The position numbers and the translations under genes were made by a program. The notes under the pieces are model-generated. The model worked only from the letters and a program-made list of their open reading frames with translations, was not told the DNA's origin and ran no database searches. A DNA stretch of 64,000 nt, from positions 1,408,001-1,472,000 of the forward strand of contig OZ241362.1 of NCBI GenBank assembly GCA_965200315.1. Reading direction: 5' to 3'. This document shows positions 31,519 through 41,237 of the stretch, piece by piece. Within the stretch, counting starts at the first letter, position 1; every line of letters starts with the position of its first letter. The DNA comes from Candidatus Latescibacterota bacterium. Lineage in GTDB: Bacteria; Latescibacterota; UBA2968; UBA8231.

Positions 31519-33225
31519 TCAGGACTGCTCAGCCTTTCTGAGCCGAGCGATGTCGGCGTCGATGCGCGACACCTTGACAGTACGATCGGCGAGATCGGTT
31601 CGCCGCTCGGATTCAATCTGAGACAACGCACTCTGTACTTCTCCACGCTCGTGATCCAAGGGTTGAAATACTTCGGACTCAAAGTATGCCTCAATCGCCT
31701 GCACCGCTCGCGCCGAAAATTCCATACGGATATGGTCCATTGGCTCGGCGATGCGCTTATTTTTCCACCACTCCCCCACAAAGTCACTGGCGATGTTGCC
31801 TGGGTTGATATCATGCAAGGCGGTAAGCACACTTTTCCCGATTTTTTTCAACCCTTCGGTAGCTGCCATACGTGCTGAGGTTTTTCCCACTACTCTGGCG
31901 GCAGCGGCGCGCAATGCCGCACCGCCCGTCGCCTCTCCAGCAGTGGCAGCCAAACCGGCAGCGGGACTTATCACGGCAACCAGTGCTGCCGTAGCGAGGG
32001 TTGCCCCCAAGCCCACAATTTTGTTGGAGTCCTTCAGTAAGCTTTGGATATTCGCGTCGATCCCCTCAACATGGATATCCAATTGTTGTCCTAGACTCGC
32101 AAAGTGATCGCTAACCGTTGTTGCGAGTGCAGAGGTGAACTCGCCACTGACCTGTTCTATGGCGAGATCGTCCGACGCAGCGGCGAAGAGAGGCTGATAG
32201 CGATCACATATTGCACCCACGTCCCGGCTAAGATCCGCACGAGCCCTATCGAGACGTTGCTTATGCTGGTGTAGCTCTTGGTCCAGTTCTTTGCGTTTCC
32301 CATCCGACTCTTTCTTGCGCGACGCAAAGTCTTCTTTCGACTCCAGCAAGCCACCGCGCATCTGCTCAAGCAGTGAGATTGTGCGCGGCACTAGGCGCAC
32401 GCTGGCACGGTGTTGTCGTTCAGCCATGAGAGACGCCTTGCGCTTCTCGAACACCTCGTGGATGGCGGTGCGTAAAGGGCTAACGTCGCGTTCGGCCGCC
32501 TCTGGGCCGGCACTGACGATCACAATGCGGCCCTCGGCTTCTGATTTTGAGCAGCCGATGGTCTGCGCCAGCGTGTTGGCCGTCTTCTCGGCTACCACCG
32601 TACGCTCATGCTCTGGAAGTTGGTCGGCAAATGTGAGCGCGATGAGAAAGCGACGCTGCAGATGGCGGATTCCGGGAGAAGTGAGAAAGTCGGTGCTGGT
32701 ACTCGTCAAGCCGCCCTTGCGGATATCCACACAGATCACAGTGGCATCTACGAAGGGTAGCTCTCCCAAAGTGATCTCGGTGTGTTCTTTGATGAGCGTC
32801 GATAGTCCCGGGGTGTCGAGGAATACGAACCCTGCTGGAAACCCGGTGCGGGACGGGAGGCGCACAAGCGGTCGTCCCGGCGTGTGCCCGCGGGCGATAT
32901 CATCAAAATCGGGCCGGTTGATCGTGGTCTGCTCACCCCCGTCGTCCACACGAAAATACTCCGGCTCTTCAAGCAAAGGCGTCGAAACCACCTGTCCGGC
33001 CCGCGCTGTACACGGCTCGAGCTGCGCTGGCATGAGATCCTCCACGCCTACTAGCTCGTTGATCAGCGTGCTCTTGCCACTGCTGAAGTCGCCCAGAAAG
33101 CCTATCTGCACCACGTCATCGCTTGTAAGGCTCTGGATATCGTCGGCCAATATTTCCAAGTCCCACCGCGAGGCTACCTCGCGAAGTGTCTCCAGTACAG
33201 TTGAGTCCCGTTGTTCCGTCGTCAT
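31519..33225 (-). CDS. Dynamin-like GTPase A with hydrophobic membrane paddle
   Basis: G1 GDFSSGKSTLINEL, G2 PCTA, G3 DTPG, atypical G4 TFAD; hydrophobic IVGLGATLATAALVAVISPAAGLAATAG; AAGGAGG RBS. Confidence 0.9.
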   Translation of the reverse strand: MTTEQRDSTVLETLREVASRWDLEILADDIQSLTSDDVVQIGFLGDFSSGKSTLINELVGVEDLMPAQLEPCTARAGQVVSTPLLEEPEYFRVDDGGEQTTINRPDFDDIARGHTPGRPLVRLPSRTGFPAGFVFLDTPGLSTLIKEHTEITLGELPFVDATVICVDIRKGGLTSTSTDFLTSPGIRHLQRRFLIALTFADQLPEHERTVVAEKTANTLAQTIGCSKSEAEGRIVIVSAGPEAAERDVSPLRTAIHEVFEKRKASLMAERQHRASVRLVPRTISLLEQMRGGLLESKEDFASRKKESDGKRKELDQELHQHKQRLDRARADLSRDVGAICDRYQPLFAAASDDLAIEQVSGEFTSALATTVSDHFASLGQQLDIHVEGIDANIQSLLKDSNKIVGLGATLATAALVAVISPAAGLAATAGEATGGAALRAAAARVVGKTSARMAATEGLKKIGKSVLTALHDINPGNIASDFVGEWWKNKRIAEPMDHIRMEFSARAVQAIEAYFESEVFQPLDHERGEVQSALSQIESERRTDLADRTVKVSRIDADIARLRKAEQS

Positions 33226-33276
33226 ATTCCGTATCCTCCTTTGTGCAAGTTAGAACTGATAGCCGAACTTATCCGA

Positions 33277-33560
33277 TTAAGAAAATTCCCATCCTTGGTG
33301 CTTGTCCCGCAAGTCGGGCAGCAGCTCAATGCGGCGAAAGGCCTCAATCTGCCATTGCGGCGAGCCAAACCAAATCGAATCCGTCCCCCACAACACATGA
33401 TCAACGCCGAGTCCCTTGATCAGCTTGGCCACCATGGCCGCGGCCAGTCGCGGATGCGTAATCGCCAGTGCCCCAAACGACAGGCCAATATCCGCGTACA
33501 CATTCGATACCCCGTATTCGGCCGGGATGGCAGCCAGCTCGTCAATCCAAATCAGACATG
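33277..33560 (-). pseudogene. Amidohydrolase C-terminal relic
   Basis: NVYADIGLSFG..AITHPRL...GLGVDHVLWGTDSIWFGSPQWQIEAFRR; no N-terminal part. Confidence 0.7.
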
Positions 33561-34021
33561 GTTCGGGTCCTTTCTCGTGCCTGAATATACGCTACAATAG
33601 CCGTAGCGCATCCGCTGCGTCTTATTTTCCCGCGCCACTCCTCACCTAGAGTATTCATCATGCACATCGGCATCATGGGCGTCCCCTACGGCCACATCGG
33701 CGGCATGAGCCAATCCTCCTTACAGGCTTGAAGAAAACGACGCGCTCTGCACACACTACGCATCTATCTCCCGGGATCTCGACGTTTCCAACAAGGATTC
33801 ACGGTTGTTCACCACACCAGTCTTCGCCTTGCCCAAGTTTGTGAGACTGCTCTTACCTTTAGGCTTGTCTTGCCGCTTCCCACCCAGCCGTTACCAGCAG
33901 CTACGCAGGGGAAAGAGACGACAGGCCTGCATACAGGTATGGGAGCATCACCTAATTTCTTAGAGGCGGTCTGAAAATTCCCATTGGATTGCTTGGTGTG
34001 AGCTGGCCCGTGGCCTTGGCG

Positions 34022-34645
34022 TTAAGCGTTTTGCGCGGGCGAGACGCCCTCGAGCCGAGGGGCTTTGAGCCATCTAAAAGAGAATCCCGGTAAGTCCACG
34101 GGAATAGCCAACCCAACCGAGCCAGAGAGTTGTTGGTGCAGGATATGGTCGCCGAGATATGACTGGTTCACCGTAACGTATCTTGTCTTGAAAGTCAGCA
34201 GCCAGTCCTTCCATAGACGGTAGCCAACCCCGGCGCCGAAACCTAGGCCCGCAAGCGAAAGAGAAGTTTCCTTGTAATCAAAGCCTATGATAGAAAATCC
34301 GTATTCGAGAAAACTGGTCCAAGAATCAGTCAGTTCAAAGGAATGATAAACGAGGAGGTGTGTTAGCAGAATCGGTGTGTCGCCGGCCCTGATCAGGCTG
34401 TTTTGGCGAACCGTGGTTTTGGCCCCGCCGTGGCCGAGGTAAACACCTGTGGTACTCCTATCCCTGACAGCGAGCGGTTTCCACACACCGAATTCTAGCG
34501 CAGGGGATTGCCCAGTAGATCGCTTAAAACTGGACAAAGCACCCGCTCCCATGAGGAAATAAAAATCGCTCCGCTTTTCTGCTGAGACGCTGCCGGGCAC
34601 AACAAGCCCAAGGAGGGCAATGAGTCCTTTTGCGAGTGCTTTCAT
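34022..34645 (-). CDS. Small outer-membrane beta-barrel-like protein
   Basis: Signal peptide, alternating aromatic/glycine strands (GLGFGAGVGYRL). Confidence 0.6.
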   Translation of the reverse strand: MKALAKGLIALLGLVVPGSVSAEKRSDFYFLMGAGALSSFKRSTGQSPALEFGVWKPLAVRDRSTTGVYLGHGGAKTTVRQNSLIRAGDTPILLTHLLVYHSFELTDSWTSFLEYGFSIIGFDYKETSLSLAGLGFGAGVGYRLWKDWLLTFKTRYVTVNQSYLGDHILHQQLSGSVGLAIPVDLPGFSFRWLKAPRLEGVSPAQNA

Positions 34646-34663
34646 TGAGTAGTTCGCTTTTGC

Positions 34664-36262
34664 TCAGCGGGCGATCAGCACCGCTATCCGATGCGGCTCG
34701 GTTCCCGGCGGCAGTCTCCGGGCCCCGTGAGCATCTCGTAGCGTGAACGGGTGGTGCATGAGGACGTCCTGCTTGCCGTCCTTGTTGAAGTCCACTAGCC
34801 ACGTGTATTCCTCGTCGTTGGGCACGACGATCGCAACGTCTTGAGGCCGCCGGGAGAACAGGTCTGGCCCCGGTACGCCGACAAAGACGTCTAAGTGCCT
34901 CGGGTGCTGCCCGATGAGCAGGTCGGAGAGGCCGTCGCCGGTCACATCCCCGATGAGCAAAGTCGAGTTGAACGCGCGCGGCCAGCCCTTTTGCGCCTTG
35001 CGGCTTTCGTGCATCGCCCCGCGAAGCGCGATGTCCAGCGGCACCCATCCTCGCTCCTTATGGCTAGGGACGCCATCTAACGCAATTCTAAGGGTGGCGT
35101 TGGGTTTGTCGCGGTATAGGCCGCCTATTTGGTAGAACTCAAGGTTCAACCAAATGTCATCGCCCATGAACCCTTTGAACCTCTTCCACAGGCTGCTCTC
35201 AAGGTATTCGACCTCAATGGTTGTGAACATCAATTCGACTTGGCCGTCGCGATCAAAGTCGCGTCGGTCCATCCCGAGTTGGATGCTGCCATCAGACCGG
35301 AACGCGGCTCCGACCTCCGGCGCAAACGCGGTGCCGCCAGCGGCTGTTGGCATGCCAAAATGCACCTCGAAGGCAGAACGCTTGCTGGAAATGCTCCGGC
35401 CCTCCAGCAAGAAAACCACTAGGTCGGCGGCCCCATCGCCGTTCAGATCGCCCAACGAGTGCAGCACCTTCCCAGTCATGTCTCCGGTGGCGAGCGAGGA
35501 AAAATCGTCAGAGTCGAATGCCACATCGGTCGCGAAGGTCGCGGCCGCCGGAGCAAATAGCCCGCGCTCGTCTTGGAGATGCACCTCAAAGTGGTCTGCG
35601 TTCCAAAACACCAAATCGCGCCGGCCATCTCGGTTGTAGTCCATCTCGTGGACGCGGCTCTGAGACCAGGGGTTGTAGCGATAGCCGTCGGCTCCGTAGA
35701 TCATACTCATATCGGTAGCAGGGCCGATCTTCACCGGATCGGCGAACGCGCCGTCGCTCGTCTGGACGAACACCCAGAAGCCATCGACATCCGGCACGAC
35801 TAGGTCATCGCGCTCGTCGCCGTTCACATCGCACGTAACATCTACATGAGGAATTTCGCCGCTGCGAGGCGGATTGAAGTTGGAAACAACCGCCACTAGT
35901 GAGCGTTCCGTCGCCGATTCGGGATCGAACCAGTTCAGGCGACCGGGCTCGTACGCAATCAAGCGGTCGCGGCCGCCGATGTGGGCCACATCGACGAACG
36001 CGACTTCGGGACTCAGCGTTGCGTCGAGTAGCGGTGCCCAAGTGCTGTCGCCGAACGCGTACAGGCGCAAGCAGCGGTCATCGTTGTCGTCGATGTTCAC
36101 CACGGCAAGGTCTGCGACAGAGCCGCCGAGCAGGAACCCCGTCAAAACGGTCTGGCGTTCCGCCGAGCCAATGACGACCTCGTATTGCTCGAAAGTGAAT
36201 TCTGCGGCGGCCGGCACCGTGAAAATCGAGAGGAAAACCCCAAAAGCCAGCATGGAGCTCAA
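34664..36262 (-). CDS. Secreted FG-GAP/VCBS repeat protein
   Basis: Repeated DxNGDGxxDL motifs (DVNGDERDDL, DYNRDGRRDL, DLNGDGAADL, DVTGDGLSDL, DFNKDGKQDV). Confidence 0.88.
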   Translation of the reverse strand: MSSMLAFGVFLSIFTVPAAAEFTFEQYEVVIGSAERQTVLTGFLLGGSVADLAVVNIDDNDDRCLRLYAFGDSTWAPLLDATLSPEVAFVDVAHIGGRDRLIAYEPGRLNWFDPESATERSLVAVVSNFNPPRSGEIPHVDVTCDVNGDERDDLVVPDVDGFWVFVQTSDGAFADPVKIGPATDMSMIYGADGYRYNPWSQSRVHEMDYNRDGRRDLVFWNADHFEVHLQDERGLFAPAAATFATDVAFDSDDFSSLATGDMTGKVLHSLGDLNGDGAADLVVFLLEGRSISSKRSAFEVHFGMPTAAGGTAFAPEVGAAFRSDGSIQLGMDRRDFDRDGQVELMFTTIEVEYLESSLWKRFKGFMGDDIWLNLEFYQIGGLYRDKPNATLRIALDGVPSHKERGWVPLDIALRGAMHESRKAQKGWPRAFNSTLLIGDVTGDGLSDLLIGQHPRHLDVFVGVPGPDLFSRRPQDVAIVVPNDEEYTWLVDFNKDGKQDVLMHHPFTLRDAHGARRLPPGTEPHRIAVLIAR

Positions 36263-36355
36263 ACACTGTTTCTAGGGCCGGACAGAGAAGCCGCAGGAAT
36301 CTTGAACACTTCCTCGGAAGTCTCCTGCTCGGCGTATAGATTACCCATGCAATTC

Positions 36356-39055
36356 TCAGCGGATCAAGGCCATCCGCCCCACCGCAGTAAAGGCTTCCCC
36401 GGCGGCGAGTCGGTACAGATAGACGCCACTGGCCGCCGGCCGCCCCTCGTCGTCGCGGCCGTTCCAAGAGGTGCGATACGAGCCGGCCGCCAGCGTCTCG
36501 CCACGGTGCAGGGCGCGGACGCGGCGGCCGAGCACGTCGTACACCACTAGATGCACAGGTACGGTCCTCGGCACGTCAAAGGCGATGGTTGCGTTGGCGT
36601 TGAATGGATTGGGCCAGTTCCCGCGCAACCGAAACGCCGCGGGCATTCCTGAGGCTTGCTCGGCAATCGCCGTCTGGACCTGATTCGGAGCTCCCGGCGT
36701 AGGGGTGCTTACCGTCTGAAAGTCGCCCGTAATGTCGGGGACGCGCGCCCAACTCGTTCCCTCATCGGCCTGTCCCTCTTCCCAGTCAATCTGAGCGACC
36801 AAAGTGCCATCGGCCGTCCAGATGCCCAGCTCCTCGTCGCGGCCAAGAGCAAAGCCGGGCCACCCGTCTTTATCGAGCTGAACCTGTAGAAACGCCCCCG
36901 CTGCGATGACTGTGCCGACCGGGAAGGGAGTGCGCTTACTCTCGTCCGTCAGGTCGTCGGCCATCACCAAGTCTGCAAGCTCTATCGGCTCATCCGCGGC
37001 ATTGTACAGTTCAAACCAGTCGAGGGGATCGCCTTGGGCCGCGACCTCGTTGATAATTAGTCTGATTTCTGCCCTAGTTTCTTCGTCGTCATCGCCTGAC
37101 GCCGCGTCCCCGCCGCCGCCAAAGCTGAGCAAGGTGCCGTAGAACCGCCCCGCAACTTTTGCGCCCGGTTTTGTGCTGGCCTCGCTGAATTCAATCCCTC
37201 CCTTGGCGATTAGGTCGAACTGCTCGGGATCACTAAAAGGCGATGGCAACACCACTCGGTAGCCGCTGACCGCATCCATGTCAATAGCCCAGCTAGCACC
37301 ACTCGCCACCCAGTCAATCGGCAGCGAAGCGGTGAGAATGTCGATAGCAGCGTCTTCTCCGAGGCTGACAATGGAGATGGACGCCACGTCTTCCGCAGCG
37401 CGTCCTTTGCCCTCTGCGCCCACCGCGTCCTCAAACTCGCCTTGGTCTATCGACCCGTCGCCATTGGCGTCAATGATCAGAATTTCGTCCCACGGCGGCA
37501 GGTCTTCGATGCCGAGTGCAATGGCCCCATCGTAGTCCTCTTTATCGAAAACGCCGTTGCCGTTGCCGTCGAGCGCGCCCAGTGTTTCATCCCAGCTTTC
37601 TCCTTCCTCGGCATCGCCCTTTTCAAGGCCGGCCGTAGCCCCTGAGTGTTCAAAGCGCAGCTCTTTTCCCCCGAACTCATAATGGGTGAACGAGACCGTT
37701 CCTTCCGCCAGCGGATTTTCGCTCCCGCTCGACCCCCATGTCGTCTCAAAGTGCAGCTCAAACGCGCCTCTTTCCGGCCAGCAAATGTCGGCTGAGGCCA
37801 GCGGCCAAGGCCAAGTGGGCGGCTCTGGATCGAGATCGGCTAAGATCACCGCACGCCGCGTACGGATGAACTGGCGCACCCGCTCGGCGTCGCGGGCAGC
37901 ATGGGTGCGCCTTTCTATTAGGATGTGCTGCTCGACGATCGCCGCCATCTCGTCGGCAAGGCCGAGCAGTTCTTCTTCGTTCCAGACCGCGTCGAGCAGT
38001 TGCTTGAGGCGGGCTACATAAGCCGTGCGCATCGCGTCCTCTTGGTACAAACGGTGGGCGATGGCCCCGTGTGCCATGACCGCCGGCGGCGACTCAAAGT
38101 CGTCGAAGGGGCCGTCGGTCGAGGTAAAAACCTGATCCGCGCCCCACGGTATGAACACAAATGGCGCATCCGGCGCTCGGTAGATGTAGAAGTTATTGCG
38201 GTTGCCAGCGTACCCATCCCAGTGGCCGATGAGCACTTCGACGGCCCAGAAGGTGAGGAAGCGGTCGAGGTCAATGGCCGCGGCGAGGGCTTCGAGCCCG
38301 GCCGGGGCGGAGTTTTGCAGCGCGTCGACGACCGCATCGATATCCGACCAATCCGCTTCTGCCTCGTTGGTTTTCTTCTGAAAGGTGCCGCGCCACTCGG
38401 GGCGGAAGTCGCTGACGGTCCCTTCGTAAGAATTGCCGCTCGAATCGGAAAAATTGCGCTCCAAAAAGGCGGTTTTCACGCTCTCGACGTGTACGTACAA
38501 GCCCAAGTTTTCGCCGTTTACCTCAACCGTGGCAAAGTTGCAGCGCGGTGCCGGCAGGCCGGCGGCGGCAAAGATGTGGTAGGCCATGCAGGTATTGATC
38601 ATGGACGGGTCTTGCTGGGCATTGTTCAGGGTCAGGCGCTTCATCGCGCCGCCGAGAAGCTGGCCGTCAATGAACTTGTCAAAGCGGACCTTGAGTGAGG
38701 GTTTGACCTTACTCAGCGATCCTAAAAACCCTTTCTTGCGGACGCCGATTTGGCTGTGGGTTTCGCCATCTACAGTTACGGTCGCCTCGAACCAAGTGAA
38801 AATTTCATCCGCGGGGCTGTCGAGGCAGTCGGCACCGCCGAGTATATCCGCCAAAGTCCGCGTCTGGGCACGCAGCCGGTCCCAATCCTCGGGTGCCATC
38901 TCAATGGCCACGTCGAGCACGCGGTCGAGGGCGAAGTAGGGGGCACTGGAATGGGGAGCGTCCGCCGGGGCTTGGCTCAACGCTGGGCCGGCGGCCAAGA
39001 GAAACGCCGCGATCGCGATACGTGCGGCCCTAAGTAAACTCTGGTGGTTTTTCAT
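36356..39055 (-). CDS. Secreted CotH-family kinase with EF-hands, lamin-tail domain and FlgD-Ig C-terminus
   Basis: GVRKKG..GS...KPSLKV, GLYVHVE, HWDGY.GNRNNFYIY, FIPWGADQ; two EF loops; INEVAA..DWFELYN; NWPNPFN...WNGRDDEG..ASGVYLY. Confidence 0.88.
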   Translation of the reverse strand: MKNHQSLLRAARIAIAAFLLAAGPALSQAPADAPHSSAPYFALDRVLDVAIEMAPEDWDRLRAQTRTLADILGGADCLDSPADEIFTWFEATVTVDGETHSQIGVRKKGFLGSLSKVKPSLKVRFDKFIDGQLLGGAMKRLTLNNAQQDPSMINTCMAYHIFAAAGLPAPRCNFATVEVNGENLGLYVHVESVKTAFLERNFSDSSGNSYEGTVSDFRPEWRGTFQKKTNEAEADWSDIDAVVDALQNSAPAGLEALAAAIDLDRFLTFWAVEVLIGHWDGYAGNRNNFYIYRAPDAPFVFIPWGADQVFTSTDGPFDDFESPPAVMAHGAIAHRLYQEDAMRTAYVARLKQLLDAVWNEEELLGLADEMAAIVEQHILIERRTHAARDAERVRQFIRTRRAVILADLDPEPPTWPWPLASADICWPERGAFELHFETTWGSSGSENPLAEGTVSFTHYEFGGKELRFEHSGATAGLEKGDAEEGESWDETLGALDGNGNGVFDKEDYDGAIALGIEDLPPWDEILIIDANGDGSIDQGEFEDAVGAEGKGRAAEDVASISIVSLGEDAAIDILTASLPIDWVASGASWAIDMDAVSGYRVVLPSPFSDPEQFDLIAKGGIEFSEASTKPGAKVAGRFYGTLLSFGGGGDAASGDDDEETRAEIRLIINEVAAQGDPLDWFELYNAADEPIELADLVMADDLTDESKRTPFPVGTVIAAGAFLQVQLDKDGWPGFALGRDEELGIWTADGTLVAQIDWEEGQADEGTSWARVPDITGDFQTVSTPTPGAPNQVQTAIAEQASGMPAAFRLRGNWPNPFNANATIAFDVPRTVPVHLVVYDVLGRRVRALHRGETLAAGSYRTSWNGRDDEGRPAASGVYLYRLAAGEAFTAVGRMALIR

Positions 39056-39276
39056 TGCGTTACTCTCCGTCTGCTTGAATAGGTGAAAATCCGCTTACTA
39101 CACGACACCAAGGGCACACCAGAAGACGCGCACACAGAGTAGGGGCGTGTCGCGTATCCCCTTCCACAGCGCACCGTATTTGAGGTGCTGTGGCGCGGCG
39201 ACTTAGACCAATCCCCGGATGTCATTGTCGCCATAGCCATCCTACAGGACTGGCGCAGCGGGATGGTGGGAAATCC

Positions 39277-41237
39277 TCAGCCGTGCAAGACCGGATGGCC
39301 ATTGCCGGGAAAGAACGCCACATCCACGAGGAAGGACAGGCCCACGCCGAGGAAGTAGCCCACAATCAGGCCGATGAAAAACGGCGCGGCCTTGCGGTAT
39401 AGCTCAATGCCGCCAAAGCGCATGATTAAGCTCTTGGCCGCCCAAGACACAAAAATCGCCGGGGCTTGATTGCGCACCATCCAAATAGCAGAGATCGCCA
39501 AGCCCACCGGGTGCAGGGGCCACCACGGGAACCGATACTGCATAAACGTCAAAACCGACATCGCCGCCGCGCCAATGCCGAAGAAGCCCAACTTTTGCGC
39601 GTGAAAATCGGCCGGGGCCTTTATCTTGGCCATCACATCGCCAAAGGCCATGACACCGGCACCCGAGGAGACGCGGAAGATCCAAGAGTTGAAGTTGGAA
39701 GCTCCCTGCTCGTAGGCCATAGCGATGAGGTTGGTCAGCGAAACCACAAAGGACAGCACCACCGCCAAGGCAATGGCCAAGACAAAGCCGCGGCGGGCAA
39801 TGCGCAGGCTGTGTTGCAGCTTTGCAGCGTGCGCGGCCGAGGGCATGAAGATGGACTGCACGTCGCCGAAAAAGGAATAGGTCAGCCCCAAGGCCGCCAA
39901 ACCCGTCGGCGAAATGGCACTAGTGCCCAGCGTCATCATGGTCATCGCCTGACTGACCACCGGCGTGGTCAAATAGAACACGCCCGCCTGGACCACTAGG
40001 CGCGTAATGCCCAAATAGGCGATGAGGACGCCGGCCAAAAAGAGCACGGCGACCAGCCACTCCATGCCGGCCTTGTGCAGCCAAGTTAGCATATAGACGA
40101 CCCCGACCAACAGGCCGACGACCGCGCTGCGATAGGACATCAACTCGCGGCGGTCGTCAACCGGGCAGGCTGGATTCCACGCCTTGCGGAACACATCCTT
40201 GAGGTGATCGCGCGCCATCCACAGCCCCCACAGCACCAGCACCACAAACGCCCCCAACACTGCCAAGACGTCGAAGGCAGTCCCCACACGAACTTATCCG
40301 CCTCGGTGACGCCGAGGCCAAAGCGATTGAACAAACCCTCCTCGAGCAGCGTCAGCAAGAAGAAGAACCAGATGCTGAAGGTCACATTGAGGTTGGCAAA
40401 ATACATGAAGCCAATGACCGGAAAGTAGAAGCGGATATTAATGGTCGGAAAGCCGTGCGCGATTTGGATGGGATGGTGCCACTCGATCTTGGGGAAAAAG
40501 TGAAAGAAAAAGCCGACGATATTCCACAAGACAATGCAAAGCGGAATGGCCGCACCGGCCCAGAAAACTTTGCTGTACATGACCACTGGCAGTCGGCGGG
40601 AGCTGTCGGCGTTGGTGACGAGGGCTTGGGGCACCTCCATCAGCGGGTAGGCCAACCGCTCGCGCTCGACCCATTGCTTGCGGAGGATGACCACCACACA
40701 GAAACAGACCAAGTACAAAGTCCATATAAAGCTCAGCCACCAAAACAGCGGCATGGCCCAAGCGGCTAGCAAGGTGAGCCAAGGGGTGGGTTCGCCGAGG
40801 GGTAGGCCCTCGAAAAACCAAGTCATGGCCAAGCCGTCGTTGGACGGCAGCAGCCAAGCGGGCAGGTAGGGCAGCACGTAGGTGCCCCATTGATTCTCCG
40901 CCGACGCAAAGTAATAAGGAGTCGTCGGTATGGCTAGGAAGTAGCCGCTGAGGAAAACCGGGATGCCCGTACAGACCAAACCCATGACGACGACCGCGAT
41001 CATCTCGGCCGGGCGCAAAGCCCAGTTTGAGTTGAAGGTCTTTAGCAGGGCATTGGTGAAGAGGAGGCAGACAAAGAGAAACCCCACCCCAATCGGAAAA
41101 AACGACCACGTCATCTCGGACGAGCCAAACGTCCAGATCGAGTGGGGTGCTCCCAAGCTGATCAGCAGCACCACGGCGCAGCCCACGAGCAAGGCGCGCA
41201 CACTAACGCCGGTACCCTCTTGCGCGGCCTCAGCCAT
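39277..41237 (-). pseudogene. DUF6785/DUF6784-type polytopic membrane protein, paralog 2, frameshifted
   Basis: Two ORFs joined by loss of one base in the C5 run at 40251-40255 (the paralog has C6 at 42204-42209); RKQWVERERLAYPL and WWPLHPVG motifs. Confidence 0.8.

Noticed and set aside
33660-33731. MHIGIMGVPYGHIGGM peptide, like an oxidoreductase N-terminus
   Set aside because: Only 23 codons; too short to call.
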